64,000 bases of DNA from Lophium mytilinum (GCA_010093605.1 MU004192.1:1693464-1757463), one strand, 5' to 3'; positions 14,577 through 27,985 are shown, numbered from the stretch's first letter. Notes: generated from the letters alone by a model not told the origin. Program-made: numbers and translations.

Positions 14577-14823
14577 CCTCGAGATGGGTACTAAACTGGC
14601 TTTTGATACATGGAGACTGAAAAGTGCAAAAGTTGAGATTGTTTTCGATCGAATGCATTCGGCTCGTGTGCCGGTGCCTCGGGAACGGGCAGATCCGCGG
14701 CGGAATGACAGCATCTCAAATATATTTCCTCGACGTTGCTCTTAACTCCGCCATAATTTAACGTGGGGTTCAATCACCATATTTTGATTATTGAGCCAAC
14801 CATTGCTCACGTACCTTTTCACG

Positions 14824-17123
14824 ATGCGGTTGTCCCTACTGATTCCTCTCTTCACGCTTACTTCATTATCACGATGCCATGAACAGCAACCGGTAGTAAA
14901 CACACCACTGGGCACACTAGGCGGTCTTCATCTCCCGAAGTTTGACCAAGACGCATTCCTAGGAATACCATATGCGCTGCCTCCGACAAAACAATTGCGA
15001 TTTGCACGCCCGCAGCCCTACAATGTCACCTGGAAAGGCGTGAAAGATGTTACCTCATACGGCAAATCATGCTACGGCATGAGTAGCTTCTCCGATGGTC
15101 TCCCACTGGACGAAGATTGCCTCTTCCTCAACATTGTCAGGCCAGCAGAATCGAGCGGTGTCTACGAAAATGCATGGACTGGATTGAAAGAGAAGGTATC
15201 TGAAGGATTGGAATACGCGGGATTGGGCTCGTGGCTTGAAGATGGGGGAATCGCGCAACAGGTTCTTGACAAAGCGCCGGGAAAGAAGCTGCTCCCTGTG
15301 TTTATCTGGATTCATGGTGGAGGTAGGGTTGATCTTCGTCCATGATCCGCTTCAGATTTTGGAAATTGATGACAAGAGAAACTAATGTATGAGGCAGGAT
15401 GGATCGGAGGAGGTTCTGCAGACCCTCGTTATAATCTCTCCTACCTCGTGGGCCAATCCGTGGAAATGGGCAAGCCGATGATTGGCATATCTTTGAACTA
15501 TCGTATGCTAGGTTTTGGGTTTCTCTCTGGCGGGGATATGGAACCTACGGACTTCAATGCAGCCCTGAAAGATCAGAGATTGGCGCTCCAGTGGATTCAC
15601 GATAATATTGCGGCGTTTGGGGGAGATCCGGGGCAGGTCACTCTCGCTGGGGAGTCGGCGGGCGCGTGGTCAACTGGATTCCAGCTTGTGGGTCATGGAG
15701 GGGATGCTGCGAAGAAGGGATTATTCCAGCGTGCTATATTGCAGGTGAGCTGGTTTCAGTCCCGGGTTATTCACGAAGCTGACATCTGATAGAGTGGAAG
15801 CATGTATGGGAAGAAAAGTAGGTCAACCATGCCCAAAAGGGGGTCACGCCAGGAGACTAATTCACTCGCAGTCACTTCAAACGAGTTCTATACTAAACGT
15901 TACAATGAACTAGCAGAGGCGATGGGGTAAGTTGGCGTTCGCATTTACATCTCCGGGTTGCTGACACGGGACAAACAAGATGCGATACTTCGCCTAGCAA
16001 GCTCGACTGCCTCCGGGAGATCCCACCAGACAAGCTCTTCGACTATTTCGTCGGCAACCTGCTGCAATACTTCTGGGATCCTACTCTGGACGGCGATTTC
16101 CTCATAAAAGAACCCTGGGAGCTGATGGAGAGCGGCCAGTTCGCCAAAGTCGACGTATTGATAGGCACCAACATGGTAAACCACAGAGCACGTCTACGTT
16201 CCAACTTTCACTGACTGCCATCACAGGACGAATGCACATGCCCCACTCACGGTCCTCGAGGTTTCTTCAACACGACTGAGCAACTTCGAGACTTCTTGAT
16301 AAGTACGTCTACCCCCTTTTGCCCCCTTCTTATTGCATCGCACTTCCTAACCCTCCCAGACGGTGCACCTCACTCACCCGAGTACCGCGTTCTCTCCCCT
16401 CTGCTCCCCCCTGAGCTAGCCGACCGCCTCCTTGAGGCCTACCCTGACACCCCCTCCGACGGCTGCCCCTTCAAAACCGGCCCCGAGCGCTTCGAAGAGC
16501 ACGGGTACCAGTACAAGCGCGGGGCCGCGATGATTGGTGACTGGCTAATGCAGGCTGGGCGGCGGCATGTCGCACAGCAGTACGCGGATGTCGGAAAGAA
16601 GGTGTACTCATTCCATTTTGAGCAGGAACCGGTGCATGGGGTGGAGCACGGAGTTGTAGAAGAGTACCCAGTGGGCGTGGCGCATTTCACGGATGTAAGT
16701 GGTTAAGTGAACATGGGGAAGAAGGGGAGAGGGCTAATGTGGTTGTAGGTTGCGTATGTGTTTAACATCCCCGACCCAGAGTTAGTCAATCACTTTGGGG
16801 TTGATCCGGGGCATGTAGGACTTGGGGAGTTGATGTCGAGGATGTGGATCTCGTTTGTCACGACGACGGATCCGAATAACCATGGCTGTAAGTGATTCTC
16901 TAGCAAGAAATAGGGGAGGTGCGCTGACAACGCGATAGTGGATGTTGGCAGTCTGAAGTGGCCGCTATATAAGCGCGAAGGGGGACAGAACATTATATTC
17001 AAGGCAAACGAAACGCGGATTGAATCTGATGATTTCAGAAAAGAGGGAATGCGGTTCTGGGCAGAGACATGGAAACATACGAGTAAATCGATGCAAGAAC
17101 ACGAGCTGATGAGGGAGGTATGA
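14824..17123 (+). CDS. Secreted carboxylesterase type B (lipase/cholinesterase-like)
   Basis: Signal peptide MRLSLLIPLFTLTSLSRC, FLGIPYA, EDCLFLNI, WIHGGG, nucleophile GESAG, catalytic His in VAHFTD; many short introns. Confidence 0.92.
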
Positions 17124-18008
17124 TGGAGTTTCTTGCCAGGTAGTAGATCAGGGGGACTGATACGAGTTGGGATGACAATTCACTGTTAGAGAGCTTGACG
17201 CTTCCACTCAAGAAAAGGGGTAGTTGATTCACACCCCGTGACACCAGATAGATCCATAGAGACAAGAGTACATGCCAAGATCCAACGATACAAGCATGTT
17301 TCTCAAAATTCACAATCATGCATTATTCTATTTGCATGTCTCAAGCCCCACCGCAGCCGCAGAACACGAAATCACATGCCCTAAAATGCTCCGATCCCAG
17401 TAGTCGACATAAGCTCAGGCCCCTCCACGTGGGCGCCTCCCCGCCTTATTACCCCGCAGAGCGCCATCAGAATCCCCAGCTTTTGTGCGTTCCAGACGCT
17501 CTAGAACGTCGGGCCTAGCGTGCTCCCCAGCTCCCGGCCAGTATCCGCGATCCGGGTCGGTGCCCTGCGGATCTGGCGGAGCCCGAAAGCTCCCTGCCTT
17601 CCGCCCTGGACCCCACAGATAACCTTTCGTCTTGTCCGCCACCCCGCGCCCGCGATACGGAGACTAGGATAGCGCTCGAGTCACATGGACGTGTGATGAA
17701 GGGGTGCGGGACGGCATCTTCGACGGTACGGACCTGCCGTAGAGGGGTGGGTGGCAAAGCGTGAGGGTAAGGTGATGGTTCGAGAGCGGCGCAAGCAGAG
17801 CGGAGAAGCATATCGCGACGCCGGCTGAGCGTAGGATCCGACCAATGGGGCGCTGATAAAGCAGCGTGGCTTAGGGCTCGTCGTATACATCCGACGAGCC
17901 TTTCGCAACTGTATAAATCTTTACTGTCAAACTTCTTCAAGCATCGTCAACTTTCCGCATTCTTTAAATTTCAAGCTCAAGGCTAGGGACTAGAAAGAAA
18001 CCACAACA

Positions 18009-18920
18009 ATGGCAGTCCCAGAGACAGTGCATGCAACAGAGGCAGTCCAGGGAGAAGGCACTCCTACTAAGTACGTTCCGAGGAAGACTGGCCGCGCTCC
18101 CTGCTTCTTCGTCTCTCACGGCGCTGGCCCCTTCGCCATCCTCAACGCGCCCTTCCAACTGCAGCTCGTCGACCTCTGCGAGAAGACCCGCTGGGTGCTG
18201 GATGGCTGGAAGGGCGTCATCCTCGTCACCGCGCACTGGGTAACCGACCAACCGCACATCTCATCCGGCCCCAAGCCGCACATCTACTACGACTACATCG
18301 ACGGCCTCGACGGCATTCCCCCAGAAGCGTGGGAGATCAAGTACGAAAGCCGCGGCGACACCGAGTGCGCGCATGAGATCAAGAAGCGACTCGACAAGCA
18401 GGGCTTCAACTGCGTGCTCGACGACGAGCGGGGCTGGGACCACGGCGTGTGGGTGCCGATGAAGCTGCTCCGCCCCGACGGCGACCTCCCCATCGTGCAG
18501 GTCAGCGTGCCGGGCAACATGGGCGAGAAGGAGACCCCCGAGGCCCTTAAGCTCGGCGCCGCGCTCGAGAGCTTCCGCGACGACGGCTGGGTTATCCTCG
18601 GCAGCGGTTCGAGCTACCATAACTTCGATGCTGTCATCCCCGCGATTATGGGCGTGCCGGGAGCGAAGGACGCGCCGGACAATAGGCCGTTTGAGGCGGC
18701 GTTGCAGAAGGTCGCGTTCACCGAGGATGTGGAGGAGAGGCGGAGGCTGATGCTCACGTGGCGGGATTGGTTCCCGGAACATGACGTTGTCCAGCCTCTA
18801 GGGAAGGCGGAGCATTTCATGCCGTTCATTGTGAATATTGGGGCGAGTGGTGGGGATAAGGGGGAGTTGTTGGGGACGTGGGATCTATTTGGGACAAAGA
18901 TGACGAGTTATGTTTGGTAG
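18009..18920 (+). CDS. Extradiol ring-cleavage dioxygenase, LigB/DODA class III family (intronless)
   Basis: FVSHGAGP, LVTAHW, RGWDHGVWVP, PIVQVS, ILGSGSSYHN, EHFMP metal-ligand motifs in a single 303-aa ORF. Confidence 0.93.
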   Translation: MAVPETVHATEAVQGEGTPTKYVPRKTGRAPCFFVSHGAGPFAILNAPFQLQLVDLCEKTRWVLDGWKGVILVTAHWVTDQPHISSGPKPHIYYDYIDGLDGIPPEAWEIKYESRGDTECAHEIKKRLDKQGFNCVLDDERGWDHGVWVPMKLLRPDGDLPIVQVSVPGNMGEKETPEALKLGAALESFRDDGWVILGSGSSYHNFDAVIPAIMGVPGAKDAPDNRPFEAALQKVAFTEDVEERRRLMLTWRDWFPEHDVVQPLGKAEHFMPFIVNIGASGGDKGELLGTWDLFGTKMTSYVW

Positions 18921-19246
18921 GGTGCTTGTGTGTATGGGCTTTTAGGGGGGCCTTTTGAGATTGGATACTTTGACCTGGGGTGTCAGATTCTAGATTAGGA
19001 GTATAGCTGTATCATGTCATGTTCATGCGAATGAAGTAGTCAATTGTCCAACACCTCGATCCAAGTGAGAACGTGAACAGGACGTGAATCATGTATGAAT
19101 GATAGTATTGGAAAGCGACGAGAAAGATTTAACTCCTAGCTATGCTGCGTTGCGGACGTCAAAGTGATTGAAAAGGGCGCCGTGTTGCCTCATGACGCCA
19201 AAGTCTCCAAGACGCCTGTGTAAACATGTTTTTTCCCACCCATAGT

Positions 19247-21500
19247 TCACATTTCCGATCCGTCCATTGCCCAAATACTCCAATGTTTGAGAACATCCCA
19301 TCCTACAGGTCGCACCCTCCGTCTCCATACAAACCGTTCCGTCTCTTGTGGAGCGTCCTCCATCTCTTTATCCATGTTGTGGACAGCAGGATGACCGCCA
19401 TTTGAATGCTCGTTCAATGATGAGTTTGACGTCGATCTAAGCTCGCGCGTCCGCTTGCCCAGGGTCGACTGAAGTGGTTTCCCAGACGGCGTCGACGTCC
19501 TTCGGGTCACTCTCGGCTGTGCCGTCGGTGTCCCAGGAAGAGACGGTGGTCTCGACCCTATAAGAGGCTCTGCGTATATCTCACCTAGCTCGTAGGACTT
19601 CCACCCCAGTCCTATGAGTTTAAGGTGGCCCCACGCTTCGTTGTCGCCGAGTGTGAGACCGATCTTCTCGATGTGCACACTTTCGTCAAGTTCTACGACT
19701 TCGCACAGCGGACGTGACCTCAGTGGAACTAGTAAGCCATGTGTATTTGCCTTTACGGGTTTGGGCGGCCCGCTGTTGGAATTAGGAGGGTATATGGGGA
19801 CGAGGAGTCGGATCGCGACCAGGTTGCGGAGGAAGGGTATCAGGAGAGTCATGGTGTCGAAACTAGACGTTTCAGTTGCGTATCCAAGCTGCACGAGGTT
19901 CGGACACGTGTGCACGAGGCGTGCAATCATGGAGGTGGAGAGGTGCCATGTTGCGGAGAGGAGGAGATGAGTCAGCCACTGCCCGTGATTTGAGAGGATC
20001 GTCGTGAAGTAGTTGTCTTTGAGGTAGCTCTGAGTCTTGGGATCGTCGGCGAATGTTGGCGAGGGGTGTGATGTGCCGTTGGGTAGCACTCGGATAGTAT
20101 CCATGTCGTGGTCTACCGAACCTCGCCTAAAAATTGCCGGCGGTGATGCAGAGGGCCGCTCGATGTAATATCTGGCATCGTGGTTGACGAAATAAATTTG
20201 CTCGAGTCCCATCATCGAACCCAGGAAGTCGCAATGCGCCCGAGATATCTTGTCATGTCTCATGACTTTGAAACCGGGTTTCGCGATTGGTGAAGGGTGG
20301 CGAGAATTTGCGGAGGGGTTGTGAAATATCATCGAAAAGGTACAACTGGAACTGTTCAGAATGGTGACCTCTTCAATGCGCTCTTGATCTATGGCCCGGT
20401 ACAGATCATCGGTAGTTTCAGTGTGGAGGTTCTGAAATGCCAGTTTCTTGATTCTTAGTCGAGATGACCCAGTTGATCGCTTAAAGTAGTCGTGAAGTCG
20501 AACGCAGGGCTTTTTGGAGTCTACCATCCGAGGTGACCATTGCATTCTCAGATCCTGAAGCTTTCTGCTGCAAAGCAATGTCGAGATATCGTCCTGATTC
20601 AGTGAAGGGTCGATGTTGGTCACGGATAAGGCAACAAGGTGCGGCATGACGGGGACAACAGTGACAGGCTGTGTGCCCCGGGTTGACGGAAATCGCAAAT
20701 GTAAGGCTGAGATTTTCAAGTTCGCTAGACCCAGGTACACGGTGTCTAGCATTCTGATATCGAGTTCCCAGCTGTGAGCGAATCAGGTCAGCCTTCTGCA
20801 ATGTTGGGTGAAGTTTGTTTCGAAATACGTTCATGACACTATCGGGTATCTAGGGGCTCGCGGATGACGTGGATGACGTAGAGATTCAACTCAAAATTGA
20901 TGGCTCTCACGTACCTGAACTCTTGTAATCTTGTCGTCTTGTCCAAAGCAGCTCTTACAGCAATGTTCAGGATTGTCAGGCGATCCATAACGAAATCGTT
21001 GGAATGCCTTTGAATGGTATCCTCTTTCCAGACGCCTCGTAATGTGAGAGAATGAACCATCGGACCGAGATTGCCTCTGACCAGCGAATTGAGACCAGTC
21101 GCGAAAGCGCTTCCACGTCCACCGGTAGGTAATTTCTGATTATGGGGGCTTTCCTCGCCCGTGCTCAAGACGAGAGTCTCGTAGAGCAGTGGCACAGCCA
21201 TGTAATTGAGGACTCGACATGTTGAACATACTCGCGCAAGATCGGCGGCAGTGTCTATCTATGAAGCAGCAAACAACGCCAGTCAGTGGATGAACTCTGA
21301 AGCGACACTGATGAGCAAAGCCTATGACTCGATGAACTCACATATGAAACTATCAACGCGATTATCTTCAGTGGGAGCTGGACAAGAGAGGCCGGACGGG
21401 CCGACAATGGCGACTCGCTGCCGATGCTGTCGCTGGAAGTCAACATGAGCGATCTGATAGCCACCATGGCGGCCGGTCGTCTTTTGCGGGGCTCCGGCAT
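19247..21500 (-). CDS. F-box domain protein (start uncertain; may extend to about 21954)
   Basis: F-box LVQLPLKIIALIVSY|IDTAADLARVCSTCRVLNYMAVPLLY spliced over an intron at about 21340-21260; second intron about 20913-20773; 501-aa terminal ORF with LRR-like Leu-rich segments. Confidence 0.75.
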
Positions 21501-22118
21501 TCCTTATGATGCAGTGAAGCTACCCCTGTATCCAGACTACGCTTAGAGCGTGCTTAGCCGACGTTAGCCACCGGGGAGCTGCATGCAAAGAGAAAATAGT
21601 GCGGAGTGTCGTCGGTTTCGCGGTATCGTGAGGGTTGCTGCTGCACTGTGAGGTGGGTGGAGGGAGGCAGGAGGGGAGCGGGTCATGGGCGGAGAAGTCG
21701 TGTTCTCGTCTCGACTCTCTCTCTCTGCCGCACTGAGGATATTTTGGCGCTAGGCCCATCGACGACGGCCTAATTGGCATAGGCGGTGGGCTGGAAGGTG
21801 GCGGAAAAGCTGTGGGCGGCGCTTCGTACGAATTGAAATCAAAGGGGGAGAGTCTGGGGATCGCTGCTAGGGTTCCCCGCACGGGGGTGGTCAATGCACC
21901 GGGGTCCGGGGAAGCGGTATGAATGCGCATGGGCGAGGCGTGGTTTGACTGCATTGATTTTAGTCAGCAGGAAATGGTACTTCTGACGAATGTAGCTGCA
22001 GAGTCTGGTGTTATTTTCACAGATATACGCCTTTGTACCGCTGAAGGTGGTCTATGCAATAATTCTCGACAGAAGCCTATTTGCAACTCTCGACAAACGA
22101 ACCAGGATCGCTCGGACG

Positions 22119-22744
22119 TCACGCGGCGTCCTGCAACGCCTTCATCATCGGCCCGGAGTCCTGTGCAGCCGGATTAGCAAATCTGCGTCTATGCAAGGTT
22201 TATGCACGACACGTGACTCGGGACGGATGGAATGAGGATTTCTGACTTACACCCCACACCTGGAAATATTTGATGCGCACGTTGTCGGTGCCAACGTCCT
22301 TGAAGACTATCCGCGCGATCAGATTGCCGTCAATTCTGATGTTGTTCTTGTGCAGCACGATGCTAGCATCCCCGATTGCGAGTAGGTCTGAACCGTCATC
22401 CGTGCTTGTGTATACCTTCACCAGTTTGTGCATCCGCTCCTTCACCACGTCCCAAGCGCGTTCTCTCGAGCTTGTGATTTCTGGCGCAAGTCAGCCTGCG
22501 AAGCTGCACTGGTCCTCTTCTTGAAGTGGAAACGGGCATGCTCAATCGTACCGTCGACCCCTGTGAATTTGGAGCTGGAAGTAATGAAGGTTCCGTCAGG
22601 CGTGAAGATTCTATCGGCAAGCTTCTGTCCGGCATCTGCTGTGTTCTCGTCTAGAATCTCGAAGAAATCGTCCAAGAGTGCTTTTGTGCTGGGTGCAACG
22701 CCGATTGACGGCCATTCCGTGTGGGTGGTTGCGAGATCTGGCAT
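22119..22744 (-). CDS. SnoaL/NTF2-like (ketosteroid-isomerase fold) small protein (3 exons)
   Basis: Spliced product ..KALLDDFFEILD..LADRIFTPDGTF..FTGVD|EITSSRERAW..HKLVKVY..RIKYFQVWG|DSGPMMKALQDAA*; pattern typical of the NTF2/SnoaL fold; both introns have GT, CTRAY and AG. Confidence 0.72.
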
Positions 22745-24402
22745 GATTTCGGTCTGTGAGGTGTGAATGTAGAGGAGGAAGGCTCTGTTTCCTTCGATAC
22801 AGAGAGGACAGTAGGTGGCTAAGCTCAAAGGTGAGCGGTGTCTTGATATCTCTGTACCATGTCGGCTCCCACGGGAGTTGCTTGGCCCCGTCCCTCCTTA
22901 CGGCTACGTGGATCATCCGAAGGCTTGCATGACTGACCCGGTAATTCTATTAAGGTGAAGCCAATGGGGCAATTCATTCCCTGCGCGAGTGGTAGCACCG
23001 TGCCTTAGCGAGCTGTGTTGGTGTTTCGCATGAATGCATCTTGATTACTTCCTAGTCACGAGGAGTATGGCGAGATCGGCTCCGCATATATATTCACCTT
23101 GAGGCGCTCTTTTCGGACATCCTCGGTCAAATGAGGGGATGCTTTGTTCGGGCTTCCCAAGAGCAGTTATCATTACCATTGGTCTTATAAGGCGAATCCT
23201 TTCAGTCTCGCTATCACCATACGCCTTAGATACCACTGAAGAGATCTCAATCATTCGGTCGCCTTGCTCTCACACATCGGTTCTCATGATATTTATGTAC
23301 ACGATAGTTTCTTTATGGGAGATGCCGAGTTTAGCCATCCCGATGCCATAGCCTGAATATATCAGGATATCAATGTGCCACAGTGGTGAAGTTTCATTCA
23401 TTGCTGAAACCAAACAAATCTATAGACGTGAGGAATCACCAATTCATCGCCATACTTTTAATCGATCAAAACTGCATGTGAAACAAAGTTCACTTCCACG
23501 GAAATTCGAAGGCATCTTCACTTCCGTACGGAATAGCTGTGGCCCGGCACCCAGCCCTAGCCTCGCTTCAGTGAAATGAAGTGGGTCTCTTCAACCTGGT
23601 TTTAAACTCAACGAGCGTTCATTGGGCAAGCTAAAAATCATATTCTCGTAGAGTTGAGCTATGCCTAAGTTGCTGCTAGTCTTGCGACTTAATTGGTGAA
23701 TGCATATTAAGCTTTTCCTCGGAAGTTATCATAGGCTCGGTATTAAAGCGGTATTGAGCTGAGTGGCTCCATAAGCGAGGATTCATACGTTGTCGACTTT
23801 GAGCTTGTGAGTAGCACTGAAGTGTCTCTCAGCTAATCTTGGGCAAATTGAATTACTATCAGCTGTCATGCTTTCTATCACCCCCTTCCAAGAAACCGAG
23901 GGACCAAATTTGCAAGCACAGTATACTAAGTACTAGTTTGAACTTTATGATTGCACGAGTTTACGATCCACTAAGGGCAATATCCTTGAGGTACTTTTTT
24001 CTTGGAAAGACTTAAGTAATAACTTGCTATATCATTGCCAGTCTAGCTGGCCCTCGTGACTGCTAAAAGAGTTTTTGAGAGACTAACAAAGTAAGGGAAG
24101 ACTGAACCGTTTCGTTAAACTTTCAGAGGCGCAGGTGCAACTGTGCTGCCCAATCTGCTGGAAGCACTCAAATCCAAGCTCTACGATCACGTTCTTACTG
24201 CGGGGTAGGAGCTCATGTCGAAGCCGCACTGGTTCCCTCGTGCCGGGTACACACTATGCCTTTTGAAGAAAGCTAACCCTGTGCATAGTCCCAGAGACTA
24301 AGATATATACTGGTGTAAAGCATTCTCAGGATGAGAAAAGTACAGTCTTACCCAAATCATTTACGTAGCTATCAACTTCAAACCCCAGTCAACCCGAAAA
24401 GT

Positions 24403-25379
24403 ATGTCGACAGCAAGAGACGCAAAAGTGGCATTGGTCACTGGTGGAGGTAGCTTCCCATCAGTTCTTCACAATCACTTCATGCTAACAAAGACCAGGAT
24501 CTGGGATGGGCAAAGCCGTCGTCGAATACCTCGCCTCCGAAGGCTGGAAAGTGTCGATCGCAGATATCGACGAGAAATCCGGCACTGCAGTCGCAAAAGC
24601 CACTGGCGGACTGTTCAACAAAACTGATGTCTCAAACTACGATGACATGCTGAAAGCATTCTCAAGCACCTTCGAGAAATGGAACCGTCTGGACTTCGGT
24701 CAGTAGTCCCTTTTCTAAGCCATTCGCATAGTTCCCTCTTGTTGACGACTTGCGAGTGTGAAAGTGTTTGCGAATGCTGGGATTCTAGATCCCACCGACT
24801 TCTATGCTGAATCCGCCCTTCCCCCACCAAAACCCAGCTACAAGTCCACGGACGTGAATTTGAACGGCGCAATCAACTCCGTGTACCTTTCCATGCATTA
24901 CATGCGCAAGAACCCTGTCCCGGGCGGCTTCATTCTCGTTACAGGGTCAGGTAAGCCGACTTCTCCCTAAACAAAGTCAGCCGCTAAGTCGCCCTACCAT
25001 TCCAGCCGCAGGCATCTATGCCAACGCAGCAATGCCCACCTACGGCGCCGCCAAACACGGTGTTGTCGGCCTCGTGCGCGGTGCTGGACGGCGGCTTGCA
25101 AAAGAGAACATCAGGGTTAGCACGATCCTACCTGGTCCCGTGAATACTAATATTACCACGTCGACAACTGTCGAGATTGTCCCCGGGGGAGTGAATCCAT
25201 TTGGGGACGATGTGTGGACGACTACGCAGAATATTATCGACGCGGCGATGCAGCTTTATAATGATCCGGAGGCTGGAGGAAAGGTGCTGGAGGTTAGTAA
25301 GGGGAACTTCTATGAGAGAGAGCAGCCGGATTGGGCAGATGAACTGATGAAGAAGGTATTGATGGGGACGGTGTATTAG
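24403..25379 (+). CDS. Short-chain dehydrogenase/reductase (15-hydroxyprostaglandin dehydrogenase-like)
   Basis: ALVTGGG|SGMG, FANAGI, DVNLNG, catalytic YGAAK; three introns. Confidence 0.92.
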
Positions 25380-25663
25380 GTTTTGCGGCATGGGAACGCA
25401 GGCTTGGTGAGTGAGAGGGGGTCTGAGAAGAGAGTAGCAAAATAGCATACACTGTATGGACAGCTGCTCAGACCTTCTATCTGCTTCAGTTTCCTAGTAT
25501 TCCCAAATCAGTCCGACCATAGTACTTCGCTTTATAGCATCATTCGCGTTTCAGTTGAGGTCGTCGATTCGTAATGCAAGATGTATAAATAGATCAGAAG
25601 GTGCGCAAGTGAAGTTTCATAGACTATCTGCACAAATCCTAGCTACGACATGTCAAAGAAAGA

Positions 25664-27380
25664 TCATTTCCCATTGGTTACAGCTTTCCCGGATCTCGTC
25701 TTGGTCATATGCAGCGCACCCAGATAGCCATAGAGCAAGCCCCGATTCATGGCAATACCGCTGTTATATCCTCCTCCCCAGTCGCGCCACGCCGCAGAGT
25801 TTCCAGTTGCATACAGACCTGGAACTGTTTTACCCGCCGCGTCAATGACATTGCCGTTGTTGTCAATCGGTAAGCCTGCCGTAGGCACGCCCATCGTCAC
25901 ACGCTCAAGTGGGACGGCGTAGAAAGGCCCTCTTTCAAGCTCGCCGAAACTAGGGTACTTGCGCGTGAAGTCTCCGGTCATAATGTGGCCCCATGGCACT
26001 TCTCCTCTGGCAAAATCAGGATCCTTGCCTGTCTTGCAGAACCCGTTCCATCGATTCACGGTTGCTTCTAGACCTTCTGCATCAATGCCTACGGCTTCTG
26101 CTAATTCGCGCAAGCTGTTGGACTGGGTTGCCACGCCTTCAGGTACTGGTTGACCGGGGAATCCGGGAAGAAGATTGTGGTCGTCAACGAAATCTTGATC
26201 GAATATGATCCAGGCTGGCCAGTTTGGCGTCCCTTGCTCTTGTCCATCGAAACGGCCCACTTTGGTCGCAATATCGGGGTAGAAAGAGTCGTTTCCGAAT
26301 CGAAGCCCCTTGTTGTTTACGACGATCGTGTGAGGGTACCCAGGAGTATGTAGGCGGCTGGCCTGCCGTCCATATATGATCTCGCTCGGCACCTTGTAGC
26401 CGATGAAGATTGGTGACTGTGTGGGATTTCGACTTGGCATTGGAAGAACTCCTGCCTTGGAAGCCATGACTATGTGATCGCCAGTAATTGTTGGCATGGT
26501 CATGTTTCCTGCCTCTGGGAGAGCATCGAAGCTTTTAACAAAGTCTTTCCGCCACTTTCAGAAAATTAGTATGAGTGATGCGATTTTTCATATTGAAAAC
26601 ACTCACGTCGTAACCTCCTGTAGCCAGTGTCACCCCCAGGCGTGCCCGAATTCGATGCTCGCAGTCCGGAAGCTTCGCGACCACCCCAGTCACGACTCCA
26701 TCTTCAATCACCAGCTCGGTGACTTCCGTGTCCGTGTGGATGTCAATGCCTAGCTTTAATGCTTGATACACCTGCGCGGAGGCCAATCCCGAGCCCGCAC
26801 ACCGTTCGTCTTTGGCAACATGGCGTTGGATGCATGCCTTCATACTCTCTCCATTCCTAATCTGGGCTTTGATGAATTCGCCGGAGGTCGAATAGCTGTA
26901 ATAAAATCCAAATGGGGATGTCATCACCTTGTCCTTCCATTCACCCAGCTTCTCGCTGGGAAACGGTTTGATTTCCAGGTATCGTCCTTCGACCGCGGAT
27001 CCCTTCACTGCAGGATAGTAGTAGTCTGGCAAGTCTCTGACAACCTCGAGTTCGAGACCAATCTCGTCGGTGAAGAATTTAATGCTCTCCCGGCTCCGCT
27101 CGAAATATGCGTCGCGCATCTCAGGTGTGGAGTGTCCTTGGCCCAAATGGTCAATGTACGACTTCGCATCTTCGACTGAGTCTTTGATTCCAGCCTCCTC
27201 GGAAATGTGAGTGGGACCTGGCCAAAGCTGTCCAGATGAAAGAGCCGTTACACCTCCTAGAAGGTTGAACTTCTCGAGTACAATCACTTTTGCACCCTTT
27301 TTCGCGGCTGTAAGGGCTGCTCCCATACCGCCAATACCGGAGCCCACGACCACGACGTCGTATTCATTGTCCCAAGCCAT
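25664..27380 (-). CDS. FAD-dependent oxidoreductase, 3-ketosteroid delta-1-dehydrogenase (KstD)-like
   Basis: WDNEYDVVVVGSGIGG, GGVTALSSGQLW, PDYYYP, LATGGYD|W (52-nt intron 26606-26555), VVNNKGLRFGND, GKDPDFARG, GPFYAV, GLYATGNSAA, GYNSG; spliced length 554 aa. Confidence 0.82.
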
Positions 27381-27985
27381 TTCAGCAAAGAGTGGGAAAA
27401 GTTAGAAGAGTGTGAGATCCGAAGCCAGCCTGACTGCCTGCGACAAAAAGCGGGAACTAGCGTACTATGCATGATTCTCATATAAGTTTCCACTTCGACT
27501 TTGGCTCGTGATGAAGTCGCCGCATGGCTGACATAATGTGTGAAAGCATTAGCGTGCACAACTTTATGTTATTATCCCCGGAACCGAAACGTCAATGCGC
27601 GATACGGGTTCCCCGCTAGATTACCCCGCACACTATTTTGGTGTACTAGTATATCGGTTACCCAATTCTAACGTCCGCTGCTGGTGAGGACGAGCCGGCA
27701 CGGATATCTGCAATCACAACGGATGGATTACAACCATAATCCGTGCCGGATGTCAAGAATATGTAACACACGCTTTTCGGAGGAAGTCCAAAGCCGTTAA
27801 ATCCTCCAATCTCCAGATCTGTAGGTCCCGCTTATCAAAGCTTCTATAGCGCTCTGGTGGCTTTCAAACCCCTGATAAGTCTTTCATCGCGTCAAGTTTC
27901 TGAAGGTCGTCTTTGCATGAGCATCAGGAATTCTCCGATATAGCCGTACTTCCCATCTCGTTCTTAGGTTTACTGAATTACTTTC

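Noticed and set aside
23000..24150. AT-richer intergenic tract as a RIP-degraded transposon relic
   Set aside because: Only mildly AT/TpA-rich by eye; no termini or coding remnants recognised.
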